A DNA stretch of 64,000 nucleotides from IMG/VR virus record IMGVR_UViG_3300047284_000516, positions 1-64,000 of that record, one strand, 5' to 3'. The notes under the pieces are model-generated. The model was not told the DNA's origin. It saw only the letters and a list, made by a program, of their open reading frames with translations, and did not search any database. Below are positions 20,736-29,246 of the stretch, piece by piece (within the stretch, counting starts at the first letter, position 1; the number at the start of each line of letters is the position of its first letter). The position numbers and the translations under genes were made by a program. Source of the DNA: a virus.

Positions 20736-21584
20736 ATGGCTAAACTAAAAGTATCAGAGTTGTTTTACTCTTTGCAGGGCGAGGGAAGATATATGGGTAT
20801 CCCCTCTATCTTCCTCAGAACATATGGATGCAACTTCACGTGCTCTGGATTTGGTATGGGTCTTGGAGAGAAAAGTGAAGAGCGATTGCAAATTGTAGCA
20901 GAAAATTATAAATCATATAAAGATTTACCACTTGTTCATACTGGCTGTGACAGCTATGCTTCATGGGATCCAAGGTTCAAACATCTATCACCAATGTTGG
21001 AAACTTCTGCAGTAGTGGATAGTATTAAGCAGATACTTCCTGGTAATCGTTGGGGAGACGTTCATTTGGTGATTACTGGTGGCGAGCCTCTTTTAGGTTG
21101 GCAACGCTCATATCCTGAGCTTTTGGATGACCCGAGAAACAAAGATCTACAAGAGATCACATTTGAGACGAACGGTTCACAATATCTTACACCAGAATTT
21201 GAGAAGTATCTTTTCGAAGAATGGACTCGCCACGGTAGAGATTACCAGAAGTTGACATTCTCCGTATCTCCTAAACTATCTGTATCAGGGGAACGGTGGG
21301 AGGATGCTATCAAGCCAGAAGTTATTAAACAGTATGAGACGGTTGGATACACATACTTGAAGTTTGTTGTAGCTAGTAAGTATGATGTATCTGAAGCGGA
21401 AAATGCAGTGAATGAATATCGCAAAGTTGGCTTTGGTGGTCCAGTTTATCTCATGCCCTGCGGTGGCACTGAGCAACTTTATGAACTCAATAAAACACAA
21501 GTAGCTGAACATGCAATGAAGTTGGGATGGCGATATTCCGATAGACTACAGATTCCACTCTTTAAAAATGCATGGGGTACATGA
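20736..21584 (+). CDS. queE: 7-carboxy-7-deazaguanine synthase QueE (radical SAM)
   Basis: ELFYSLQGEG, FLRTYGCNFTC...GCDS, VITGGEPLL, FETNG, SVSPKL, RLQIPLF. Confidence 0.9.
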   Translation: MAKLKVSELFYSLQGEGRYMGIPSIFLRTYGCNFTCSGFGMGLGEKSEERLQIVAENYKSYKDLPLVHTGCDSYASWDPRFKHLSPMLETSAVVDSIKQILPGNRWGDVHLVITGGEPLLGWQRSYPELLDDPRNKDLQEITFETNGSQYLTPEFEKYLFEEWTRHGRDYQKLTFSVSPKLSVSGERWEDAIKPEVIKQYETVGYTYLKFVVASKYDVSEAENAVNEYRKVGFGGPVYLMPCGGTEQLYELNKTQVAEHAMKLGWRYSDRLQIPLFKNAWGT

Positions 21585-22018
21585 TGGCATACAAATATTC
21601 ATTTCATGACTATAGTAATGATATTTTAAATCTTTACAGAAAGATTGTGGACTCTGGAACAAAATACGATTTGGTGGTTGGGGTTGCCCGAGGAGGCGTT
21701 ATTCCAGCAGTGCATTTATCCCATCTTCTTGAGGTTCCATATGCTACTCTTCAGTGGTCTACAGCAAAGGATCGGGTACAGGAGAGGAGTAATCCGCATA
21801 TTATGTGTGCTAAAGGTCCTGTTCTGATTGTCGATGATATTGTAGATGATGGTGGCACAATGAGAGGTATTATGGAGTCATATCCCCAATGTGATACCGC
21901 TTCTTTGTTACTGAATGTAACCAATAGATATAATGTGGTTCCGACATTCACATCATGGAGTTTTAGTAGAGAGGATGTTCCTCAATGGATTGATTTTTGG
22001 TGGGAGACTATTGCATGA
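21572..22018 (+). CDS. Type I purine phosphoribosyltransferase (Gpt-like)
   Basis: VGVARGGVIPA, PRPP-binding loop VLIVDDIVDDGGT, C-terminal WIDFWWE; true start may be one of the next ATGs. Confidence 0.85.
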   Translation: MGYMMAYKYSFHDYSNDILNLYRKIVDSGTKYDLVVGVARGGVIPAVHLSHLLEVPYATLQWSTAKDRVQERSNPHIMCAKGPVLIVDDIVDDGGTMRGIMESYPQCDTASLLLNVTNRYNVVPTFTSWSFSREDVPQWIDFWWETIA

Positions 22019-22521
22019 CAACAAAAGTAACAAGGCATTACAAGTACGTTTCAACAAAAGAATATCATGACGCATTTCCATGTGCATATAGGCAGTGGAG
22101 AGCGGATAGTCATTGCAACTTGATTCATGGATATAGTTTTTCCATGAAGTTCTTTTTTGGTACGGATGATTTGGATGTGCGTAACTGGGCAGCAGATTAT
22201 GGGGGTCTAAAGGAGTTGAAAAAGATCCTTGAGGATCAGTTTGATCATACCCTTTTAGTATCGGAAGATGATCCAGAGCTCGAGACATACAAATTATTGC
22301 AGCAAAAGAATATGGCAAAGCTAACAATTCTTCCAAAGCTCGGATGCGAGGGTCTAGCAGATATGCTATACAAATATGTTAATGGTGTATACATTCCAGA
22401 TATGTGGGGTCCGGGTGAAGCAGAGCGTCTCTGGTGCTTCAGAGTAGAGGTTAGAGAGACGCAGACCAATATGGCTTTCAGACAGGGTCATAGAGAATGG
22501 GGGGAAAACCTTCTTGATTGA
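22015..22521 (+). CDS. queD: 6-carboxy-5,6,7,8-tetrahydropterin synthase QueD
   Basis: SHCNLIHGY, DYGGLK, FDHTLL, EVRET; context with queE and folE. Confidence 0.88.
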   Translation: MTTKVTRHYKYVSTKEYHDAFPCAYRQWRADSHCNLIHGYSFSMKFFFGTDDLDVRNWAADYGGLKELKKILEDQFDHTLLVSEDDPELETYKLLQQKNMAKLTILPKLGCEGLADMLYKYVNGVYIPDMWGPGEAERLWCFRVEVRETQTNMAFRQGHREWGENLLD

Positions 22522-23197
22522 TTGTAAGGCGTTTATGATTGTTGTAAAAGACAATCACGTCTCGCAATTCTATTCAAAGGTATGTATTCCTTCTTGGGAG
22601 AACAGGGGTGTGGATGTGCAGCTGTGGCAGGCCTCTACACCCCTTACTATAGACAAACGTCTTAGATTTGCTCCCATGACTACAATCAAGTACAGATCAC
22701 TTGGTATATCAAAAGAACTCACACCCACAGAACGGGCAGTATGGTCAAGCCACTTTAGAATGTGGGAACACTGCATTAATATCAATCAACCAATACTCGT
22801 ATTAGAGCATGATAGTTTTTGCATCAACATCGATCATTTAACCATACAACCACAAGCGTTTGTAACATATGATAAGGGAGCAATGGGCTGCTATATCATA
22901 CGACCGGAGTTTGCTAGGGTGTTAGTTGAGGATGCTATCAAGATTAGAATAGATTGTGGACCACTGGGATATGTAAAGTGGCGATCAGAAATACACAAAA
23001 TACCGATTATTACAGCCGAACACCCCTCATACAAAATGGTTTCGAACCAAGTATATTGTCCAGACTATGGACGTACTGTTGATCACTACACGGGAACAGA
23101 CGCTAAGAATCATATGCATCGATTCAATAAATTTGGATATCTTTTTGTAGATAGAAAAGGAAATGTTGACCTTAACCGAGTGATTGAGGTATTATGA
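22514..23197 (+). CDS. Glycosyltransferase family 25-like protein
   Basis: TERAVWSSHFRMWEHC...PILVLEHDS and CYII resemble the GT25 E-x-G-C-x-x-S-H...LILEDD pattern. Confidence 0.6.
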   Translation: MIDCKAFMIVVKDNHVSQFYSKVCIPSWENRGVDVQLWQASTPLTIDKRLRFAPMTTIKYRSLGISKELTPTERAVWSSHFRMWEHCININQPILVLEHDSFCINIDHLTIQPQAFVTYDKGAMGCYIIRPEFARVLVEDAIKIRIDCGPLGYVKWRSEIHKIPIITAEHPSYKMVSNQVYCPDYGRTVDHYTGTDAKNHMHRFNKFGYLFVDRKGNVDLNRVIEVL

Positions 23198-23218
23198 GTT
23201 ATATTTTATGGAGGTAGT

Positions 23219-23902
23219 ATGGAAAAACACTTGTCGGAAGTAATTAGAGATCGTCTCAAGCAAAACAATAAGAGATACTTTGCTAGCGACAATATTTCTG
23301 ATTATATCACTGAAGATGAACAGAAGCAATTGGTTGAGGAGCTAACAGTAAAGTTTGAAGGGGTATTAGACTCGTTGATTATCGATAGAGAGAATGATCC
23401 CAATAGTCACGGCACTGCAAAGCGTCTCGCTAAAATGTATGTCTATGAACTAATGGAGGGTCGTTATTCTCCAATGCCTGATGTTACAGCGTTTCCAAAT
23501 CAAGGAGCGGATCGCTTTGAGGGAATGCTGGTAGTGAGGGCAGAGCTTGTGTCTATGTGTAGCCATCACCATCAGCCAGTTAAGGGGGTAGCAATTATCG
23601 GTATCATTCCTACAGGAGAAGTGATTGGCCTGTCCAAGTATGCGAGGATTGCTCAGTGGTGTGCTCGTAGAGGAACACTGCAAGAAGAGCTTGCCAATCA
23701 GATTGCTAAAGAAATTATGAATGCAACGGATACAGAGAATGTGGCTGTCCACTTAGACATGATTCATGGGTGTATGGAGAACCGAGGAGTGATGGCTCAT
23801 TCTAGCCAGACTCAAGCTACTGTGGTTCATGGGTTGTTTCACAACGATTCGGTCAAGGCTGAGTTTTTATCTCACGTCGATCGGCAGCTTTTAAGACGAT
23901 AA
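23219..23902 (+). CDS. folE: GTP cyclohydrolase I FolE
   Basis: SMCSHHHQP, IGLSKYARI, LQEEL, HGCMENRG. Confidence 0.95.
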   Translation: MEKHLSEVIRDRLKQNNKRYFASDNISDYITEDEQKQLVEELTVKFEGVLDSLIIDRENDPNSHGTAKRLAKMYVYELMEGRYSPMPDVTAFPNQGADRFEGMLVVRAELVSMCSHHHQPVKGVAIIGIIPTGEVIGLSKYARIAQWCARRGTLQEELANQIAKEIMNATDTENVAVHLDMIHGCMENRGVMAHSSQTQATVVHGLFHNDSVKAEFLSHVDRQLLRR

Positions 23903-24485
23903 AGGAGCCATCCTCGCATGAGCTTATCATTTTTTTCATTTCGTAATCGGATAGTTGATAAGCTCTTGCTGCAGCTCTTAATGAATAAAAATAGCCATTA
24001 GGTGTTTTGACGTGGTTGGAATGTGGTCTGTTTTTAAGGTATTTTTCTTTTGATTCTTTTCTAAACATTGGATTGTGTTCTGTCATTCTTTTCTTTACTA
24101 TTTGTTTAACCTTTTCAGAAGCAAAAATATTATCCTTACCTTTTTTATATGTCCCTTTGCGTTTTCTTGTTTGAACACCTTTAAAATGGCTTTCTTTGCT
24201 CCAGCCCGGAGGAGGAACATGAAAGGATTTATCAAATAATTTATAAGCCCACATCATTTTGTGTTTATTTTGGCCTTCAGTAAATTTTATAAGTAAAAGA
24301 TGTGCTAGTTTGTGTTCTCGGAATGTTAACAGTACGATATTTTCTTCATCGTCGTTGCCACCCAGTGACCTTGGAATTATGTGGTGGAATTGCTGGTCGT
24401 CACCTTTAACTTTAACACGTCGTTGACTTTTAGCTCTTTCTATTAGAAGATTGTAGTGTTTTAGATATTTGTTTGTTGTGAACAT
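23853..24485 (-). mobile_element. Free-standing HNH homing endonuclease
   Basis: HHIIPRSLGGNDDEENIVLLTFREHKLAHLLL; only long credible minus-strand gene; own TATAAATA upstream; start 24485 or 24500. Confidence 0.85.
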
Positions 24486-24516
24486 AATGGCTGCATCCAA
24501 AAGGTTGTATGTAAAC

Positions 24517-24524
24517 TATTTATA
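24517..24524 (-). promoter_or_regulatory. T4-type late promoter driving the HNH gene
   Basis: TATTTATA on + equals TATAAATA on the minus strand, about 30 nt upstream of the HNH start. Confidence 0.7.
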
Positions 24525-24539
24525 AAAAGAGGTGTTAAG

Positions 24540-24899
24540 ATGCAAATCGCTAACAAAAAATTTATTTGGGTTACGTTTCAACGAGAAGGTATACACAACT
24601 ATCCTATGGCTCCAGAGGGAGTGGAGTTTCTTAAATACCCACATCGTCATATATTTCATTTCAGAGTAGAACTGGAAGTATTTCATGATGATCGTGATGT
24701 GGAGTTTATTTTATTTAAACGAGAATTGGAAGCCATGTTTAATCAAAAGGGCATGCAGTTTGACTTTAAATCATGTGAAATGCTAGCAGATGATATCGCC
24801 AAGTATGTAAAGGAGCATTATCCTAATCGGGATTTAGTTGTCGAAGTCAGTGAAGATGGGGAAAATGGATGTCGTAACTACTATCAAGGAGTACAGTGA
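24540..24899 (+). CDS. Second QueD-like T-fold protein, probable DpdL-type 7-carboxy-7-deazaguanine decarboxylase
   Basis: GIHNYP, PHRHIFHF (HxH metal motif), DRDVEFI, SCEMLA, EVSEDGENG; adjacent to the transglycosylase. Confidence 0.6.
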   Translation: MQIANKKFIWVTFQREGIHNYPMAPEGVEFLKYPHRHIFHFRVELEVFHDDRDVEFILFKRELEAMFNQKGMQFDFKSCEMLADDIAKYVKEHYPNRDLVVEVSEDGENGCRNYYQGVQ

Positions 24900-25741
24900 T
24901 GGCTTCGCCAATTAATTTCTGTCATATCGCACCTATTCCTCATTTGAAGGATTTTGTATCAACGAACAATGTTCATCTTACTCTTGCTCATTTAGTAGAA
25001 ACCAGTGATGAATATGCAGATTTCTATCATAACCGAAAGTCTGGCCAGGTTATTATGGATAATAGTGCATTTGAAATGTACAAGCAAGGTCGACCAATGT
25101 ATGATCCAAGTAAGCTGATTGATATGGCCCGAAGGTGTCGAGCAGATTATATTGTTATGTCAGATTATCCGGGAGAGTCTTGGCTAAAGACTAAGCACGC
25201 AGCTCAAGAATTAATTCCTCAGATCAAACAAGCTGGATTCAAGACATTCTATGTTCCTCAAAGTGAGCCAGGGCATCTCGAAGGGTACATTGCTTCTTTA
25301 GTCTGGGCGTTAGAAGATGGTGATGTGGATATGATTGGTCTTTCAATTCTCGGTGTACCTATGGCTATGGGAATCAAGCAGGATCACAACAAAGCATATT
25401 TTGCTCAAAGATTCCTCAGTCGTTGGCGATTGTTTCAGATTCTTGATCAGCGTGGGTATCTCTCACACACTGAAAGAGCAACTAAGCGCTTTCATTGCCT
25501 TGGAATGCAGGATGGACCCAATGAGATCTTGCTGCTGAAGCCATGGGCTCAGCACATCTACTCTTGGGATTCTAGTGCTGCTGTATGGGCAGGATTGAAT
25601 TATATTAAGTTTGATAGTTCACCTACGGGCTTGATGCATGGAAAGTATGAAGCGGAGGTTGATTTTAACTTCAAAGCAAGTCCAGCAACCATTAAACATG
25701 TGATGCGTAACATTAATTACATTAACAGTCTATGCGCATAA
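24896..25741 (+). CDS. TGT-fold guanine transglycosylase (DpdA-like, possibly DpdA3 type)
   Basis: IMDNSAFE (cf. DSGxF), MSDYP, FYVPQ, RFHCLG and YSWDSS occur in the order of TGT/DpdA catalytic motifs. Confidence 0.7.
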   Translation: MMASPINFCHIAPIPHLKDFVSTNNVHLTLAHLVETSDEYADFYHNRKSGQVIMDNSAFEMYKQGRPMYDPSKLIDMARRCRADYIVMSDYPGESWLKTKHAAQELIPQIKQAGFKTFYVPQSEPGHLEGYIASLVWALEDGDVDMIGLSILGVPMAMGIKQDHNKAYFAQRFLSRWRLFQILDQRGYLSHTERATKRFHCLGMQDGPNEILLLKPWAQHIYSWDSSAAVWAGLNYIKFDSSPTGLMHGKYEAEVDFNFKASPATIKHVMRNINYINSLCA

Positions 25742-26292
25742 TTGCTCTCTCCGGTCCCAAAGGTTCTGGGAAAGATACTATTGGTCGTCTACTAATGGAC
25801 ATGTATCCCGGTACACGAACGGTGGCATTTGCTGACCCCATTAAGAAGAAGATCCAGCAGTTTTTTGAACTCAATAGTGATGATCAAGAACAGTATGATT
25901 TGTTTAAGCGTACACGAATCTCATATCAGCTGCCAGGTTACCTAACACACACTATTGAAGGTAGACATCTAGTACGGGAGATTGGTATGCTGATGAGATC
26001 ATATGATCCAGATCAGTTTACAACATATGTGCGAGCCCAGATCATGCAATATCCAGATACATTATGGGTTATCACAGATCTACGGTTTGATAATGAGATT
26101 GCAATGCTTACGGAAATGAATGCAAAGTTTGTAAGAGTGATTCGTAAGCATTACGAATATGATGGCCATATAACGGAACAGCCTATACTATCGCAAGATA
26201 ATTGTGATTATATTATTAACAATAACTCAAACATTGAAGCAATGAAATTTCAGCTTCGTGAGATGGTTGAGTCCTTTTGGGAGACAGAATGA
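25732..26292 (+). CDS. Deoxynucleoside monophosphate kinase (T4 gp1-like)
   Basis: SGPKGSGKDT P-loop, FADPIK, ITDLRFDNE, HITE. Confidence 0.88.
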   Translation: MRIIALSGPKGSGKDTIGRLLMDMYPGTRTVAFADPIKKKIQQFFELNSDDQEQYDLFKRTRISYQLPGYLTHTIEGRHLVREIGMLMRSYDPDQFTTYVRAQIMQYPDTLWVITDLRFDNEIAMLTEMNAKFVRVIRKHYEYDGHITEQPILSQDNCDYIINNNSNIEAMKFQLREMVESFWETE

Positions 26293-26792
26293 AACATATT
26301 TTAGGACCTAATTCACGAAGCTCGCTGACAAATGTGGCAAGCGGTGACTCACAGCCCAATGCTGTAGATCTTCGTCTTAGCAAAGTGTTCCAAATGAAGA
26401 ATGCTATTTTTCAGCTAAGCAATGAGCAGAAACAACATAGAGGGATTGAGCATGAGATTGTACCGGATGAGGAGGGATACTTTAATCTTTCAGTTGGAAG
26501 CTATGAGGTCGTTATGGAAAACATTATCCGTGTGGGGGAGAATGAAGCAGGTTGGGTTATCACTCGCTCTACTCTCAATCGTAACGGTTGTTTCCTTACT
26601 AGCGGTCTCTACGATAGTGGTTATCATGGTGCTATGGCTGGTGTATTGCATGTTACAACCGGTCCAGCAAGAATTAAGCAAGGCACACGGATCGGACAGT
26701 ACCTGAGTTTTGAGGCAGAGTCTCTTAGCAGCTATGATGGGGATTATGGTATTAATAAACAGCATGATAAAAAATATGGAGAAGTTAAATGA
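26289..26792 (+). CDS. dUTPase / dCTP deaminase superfamily protein
   Basis: QPNAVDLRL, TRSTLNRNG, YDSGYHG, TRIGQ. Confidence 0.8.
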   Translation: MKHILGPNSRSSLTNVASGDSQPNAVDLRLSKVFQMKNAIFQLSNEQKQHRGIEHEIVPDEEGYFNLSVGSYEVVMENIIRVGENEAGWVITRSTLNRNGCFLTSGLYDSGYHGAMAGVLHVTTGPARIKQGTRIGQYLSFEAESLSSYDGDYGINKQHDKKYGEVK

Positions 26793-27640
26793 GTTTTGAA
26801 ATTAAGATCTCGCTAGAGGAACTACAGAAACGTAAGTTGTTTGTTGCAACCCCAATGTATGGTGGCCAATGTGCTGGAATGTATGCTCGCTCCATTGCCG
26901 ATCTTTCTGCTACATGCGCAAAGAATGGTATTCAGCTGCAGCTGTATTTTTTGTTCAATGAGTCTTTGATTACAAGAGCACGTAACTATTGTGTTGATGA
27001 ATTTTTGCGTAGCGAAGCTACGCATATGATGTTCATTGATAGTGATATTGGATTTAACCCACAAGACGTATTGGCTCTACTTGCATTGCAAGATGATGAG
27101 AGCCCATATGATGTGATTGGTGGACCATATCCTAAGAAATGTATTTCCTGGGAAAAGATCAAACAAGCGGTGGATAAAGGTGTAGCCGATGAGAACCCCA
27201 ATGTCCTGGAGCGCTTTGTGGGAGACTATGTGTTTAATCCTAAGTCTGATCAGCGTGAGATTCCAATTGGGAAGCCAGTGGAAGTTCGTGAACTTGGTAC
27301 AGGTTTTATGATGATCCGTCGATCTGCATTTGAAAAATACCGTGAGGCATTTCCTCACCTTAGCTATAAGCCTGACCATGTACGAACGGAACACTTTGAT
27401 GGTAGCCGCGAGATTCACGCATACTTTGATTGTATTATTGATCCGGAGAGCAAGCGTTACTTGTCCGAGGATTATATGTTCTGTTACAACATGGCTAAGA
27501 TCGGTGGCGGTGTATGGCTGTGCCCCTGGATGAAGATGAACCACGTGGGGTCCTATGTGTTTGGTGGTAGTCTGGCTGACTTAGCTTCTATTGGAGCATC
27601 TGCTACTGCTGATGTGAATAAAATCAAGAAGAAGGGTTAA
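26789..27640 (+). CDS. GT-A fold glycosyltransferase-like protein
   Basis: FVATPMYGG, NESLITRARN, MFIDSDIGF (DxD), GTGFMMIRR, YLSEDYMFC. Confidence 0.7.
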   Translation: MSFEIKISLEELQKRKLFVATPMYGGQCAGMYARSIADLSATCAKNGIQLQLYFLFNESLITRARNYCVDEFLRSEATHMMFIDSDIGFNPQDVLALLALQDDESPYDVIGGPYPKKCISWEKIKQAVDKGVADENPNVLERFVGDYVFNPKSDQREIPIGKPVEVRELGTGFMMIRRSAFEKYREAFPHLSYKPDHVRTEHFDGSREIHAYFDCIIDPESKRYLSEDYMFCYNMAKIGGGVWLCPWMKMNHVGSYVFGGSLADLASIGASATADVNKIKKKG

Positions 27641-27642
27641 TT

Positions 27643-28299
27643 ATGAAACTGAGTACGAGAACCATTCAGATTCTAAAAAATTTCTCGACCATCAACCAAT
27701 CTCTGCTGTTTAGGCAGGGTGATGTGTTGAGAACGACGACACCCAGTAAAACAATCATGGCAAAGGCAACAATTGCGGAGAATTTTGATACAGAGTTTGC
27801 CATCTATGACCTCTCACGTCTAATCAATACACTTTCTTTGTTTGGGGATCCTGAAATCCACCCACTCGATGGTTATCTGCAGATTTCTGAAGGATCACAG
27901 TGTGTAAAATATAATTACACCGATGTTGATTCTATTGTTACACCCTCAAAGGAGATTAAGCTGCCACAATGTGAGATTAATTTTCGTATGACGAGTGCCA
28001 ATCTTTCATCTGTCCTAAAGGGGATGAATGTTCTTGGTCTACCTGAACTGATGGTCGTCGGGGATGGGAAGAATATTTTCCTGTCTGCTGGTAATGTAAA
28101 GCAAAGTTCTGGTGATAACTACAAGATCAATGTTGGCGACACAGAGCACGAATTCAATATTGTCTTCCGTGCAGAGAATGTAAAGATGATGGCAGAGGAC
28201 TATGAAGTACAGATCTCGTCCAAAGGGATTGCTCATTTGAAAGCATCAGATGTAGAATACTGGATTGCAGCAGAGAGTAGTTCAACATTCTACAATTAA
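27643..28299 (+). CDS. gp45: Sliding clamp gp45
   Basis: MKLSTRTIQILKNFSTINQS, FAIYDL, EYWIAAE. Confidence 0.93.
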   Translation: MKLSTRTIQILKNFSTINQSLLFRQGDVLRTTTPSKTIMAKATIAENFDTEFAIYDLSRLINTLSLFGDPEIHPLDGYLQISEGSQCVKYNYTDVDSIVTPSKEIKLPQCEINFRMTSANLSSVLKGMNVLGLPELMVVGDGKNIFLSAGNVKQSSGDNYKINVGDTEHEFNIVFRAENVKMMAEDYEVQISSKGIAHLKASDVEYWIAAESSSTFYN

Positions 28300-28307
28300 G
28301 GAATAAC

Positions 28308-29246
28308 ATGAGGGAAGAATTTCTATGGGTAGAGAAGTATCGTCCACATAAAGTGGAGGACACAATTCTACCAGAACATCTGAAAAGTATATTTCAGAAA
28401 TTTGTTGATGATAAAAATGTTCCTAATTTGTTGCTTGCCGGTGGACCAGGAGTAGGAAAGACTACAATTGCAAAGGCTATGTTGGATGAGCTGGAATGTG
28501 ATTACATTGTCATTAATGGCTCTTTGAACGGCAACATTGATACCCTTCGTAATGAAATTCTGATGTTTGCCTCTTCCATCTCCTTTAAAGATACCAGAAA
28601 GTATGTTATCATTGATGAGGCAGATTATTTAAATCCCAATAGTACGCAGCCAGCTCTTCGTAACTTTATTGAGGAGTTTAGTAAGAATTGTGGGTTTATC
28701 TTCACCTGCAACTATAAAAATAAGATTATCGACCCCCTTCATTCTCGCTGCAGCGTGGTGGATTTTAAGATTCCAAAAGACGAAAAGGTAATGATGGGTA
28801 AAGGATTTCATCGTCGCGCTATGGAAATCCTTGATAAGGAATCGGTAGAGTATGAACCAAAAGCAGTGGCAGCAGTAATTCAGAAGCACTTTCCAGACTT
28901 CCGTCGCATTGTTAATGAGCTGCAGCGCTATGCTGCTACAGGTAAAATTGATACTGGAATCCTCGTTGACTTTGCAGATGAGAAGTTTGACCAACTTGTT
29001 GATTATATGAAAAGTAAGAACTATAGTAATGTTCGCAAGTGGGTACACGAAAACATTGATATGGATTCTGCTGTTCTTTATCGACGAATCTACGATAAAC
29101 TTAGTGCACTTGTTACACCCAACAGTATCCCTGCTATTGTTGTTCATTTAGCAGAATATCAACATAAGGCTGCGTTTGTTGCAGATATGGAAATTAATAA
29201 TGCAGCATGCCTGGCAGAAATAATGGTGACAGCACAGTGGCAGTAA
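28308..29246 (+). CDS. gp44: Clamp loader large subunit gp44
   Basis: WVEKYRP, GPGVGKTT, IDEADYL, LHSRC. Confidence 0.96.
   Translation: MREEFLWVEKYRPHKVEDTILPEHLKSIFQKFVDDKNVPNLLLAGGPGVGKTTIAKAMLDELECDYIVINGSLNGNIDTLRNEILMFASSISFKDTRKYVIIDEADYLNPNSTQPALRNFIEEFSKNCGFIFTCNYKNKIIDPLHSRCSVVDFKIPKDEKVMMGKGFHRRAMEILDKESVEYEPKAVAAVIQKHFPDFRRIVNELQRYAATGKIDTGILVDFADEKFDQLVDYMKSKNYSNVRKWVHENIDMDSAVLYRRIYDKLSALVTPNSIPAIVVHLAEYQHKAAFVADMEINNAACLAEIMVTAQWQ

Noticed and set aside
20736-23902. que genes as simple tRNA queuosine or folate auxiliary genes
   Set aside because: No QueC, QueF or QueA and no GUN-anticodon tRNAs in the window, and a DpdA-like gene is adjacent. DNA modification is more parsimonious, though genes outside the window cannot be excluded.
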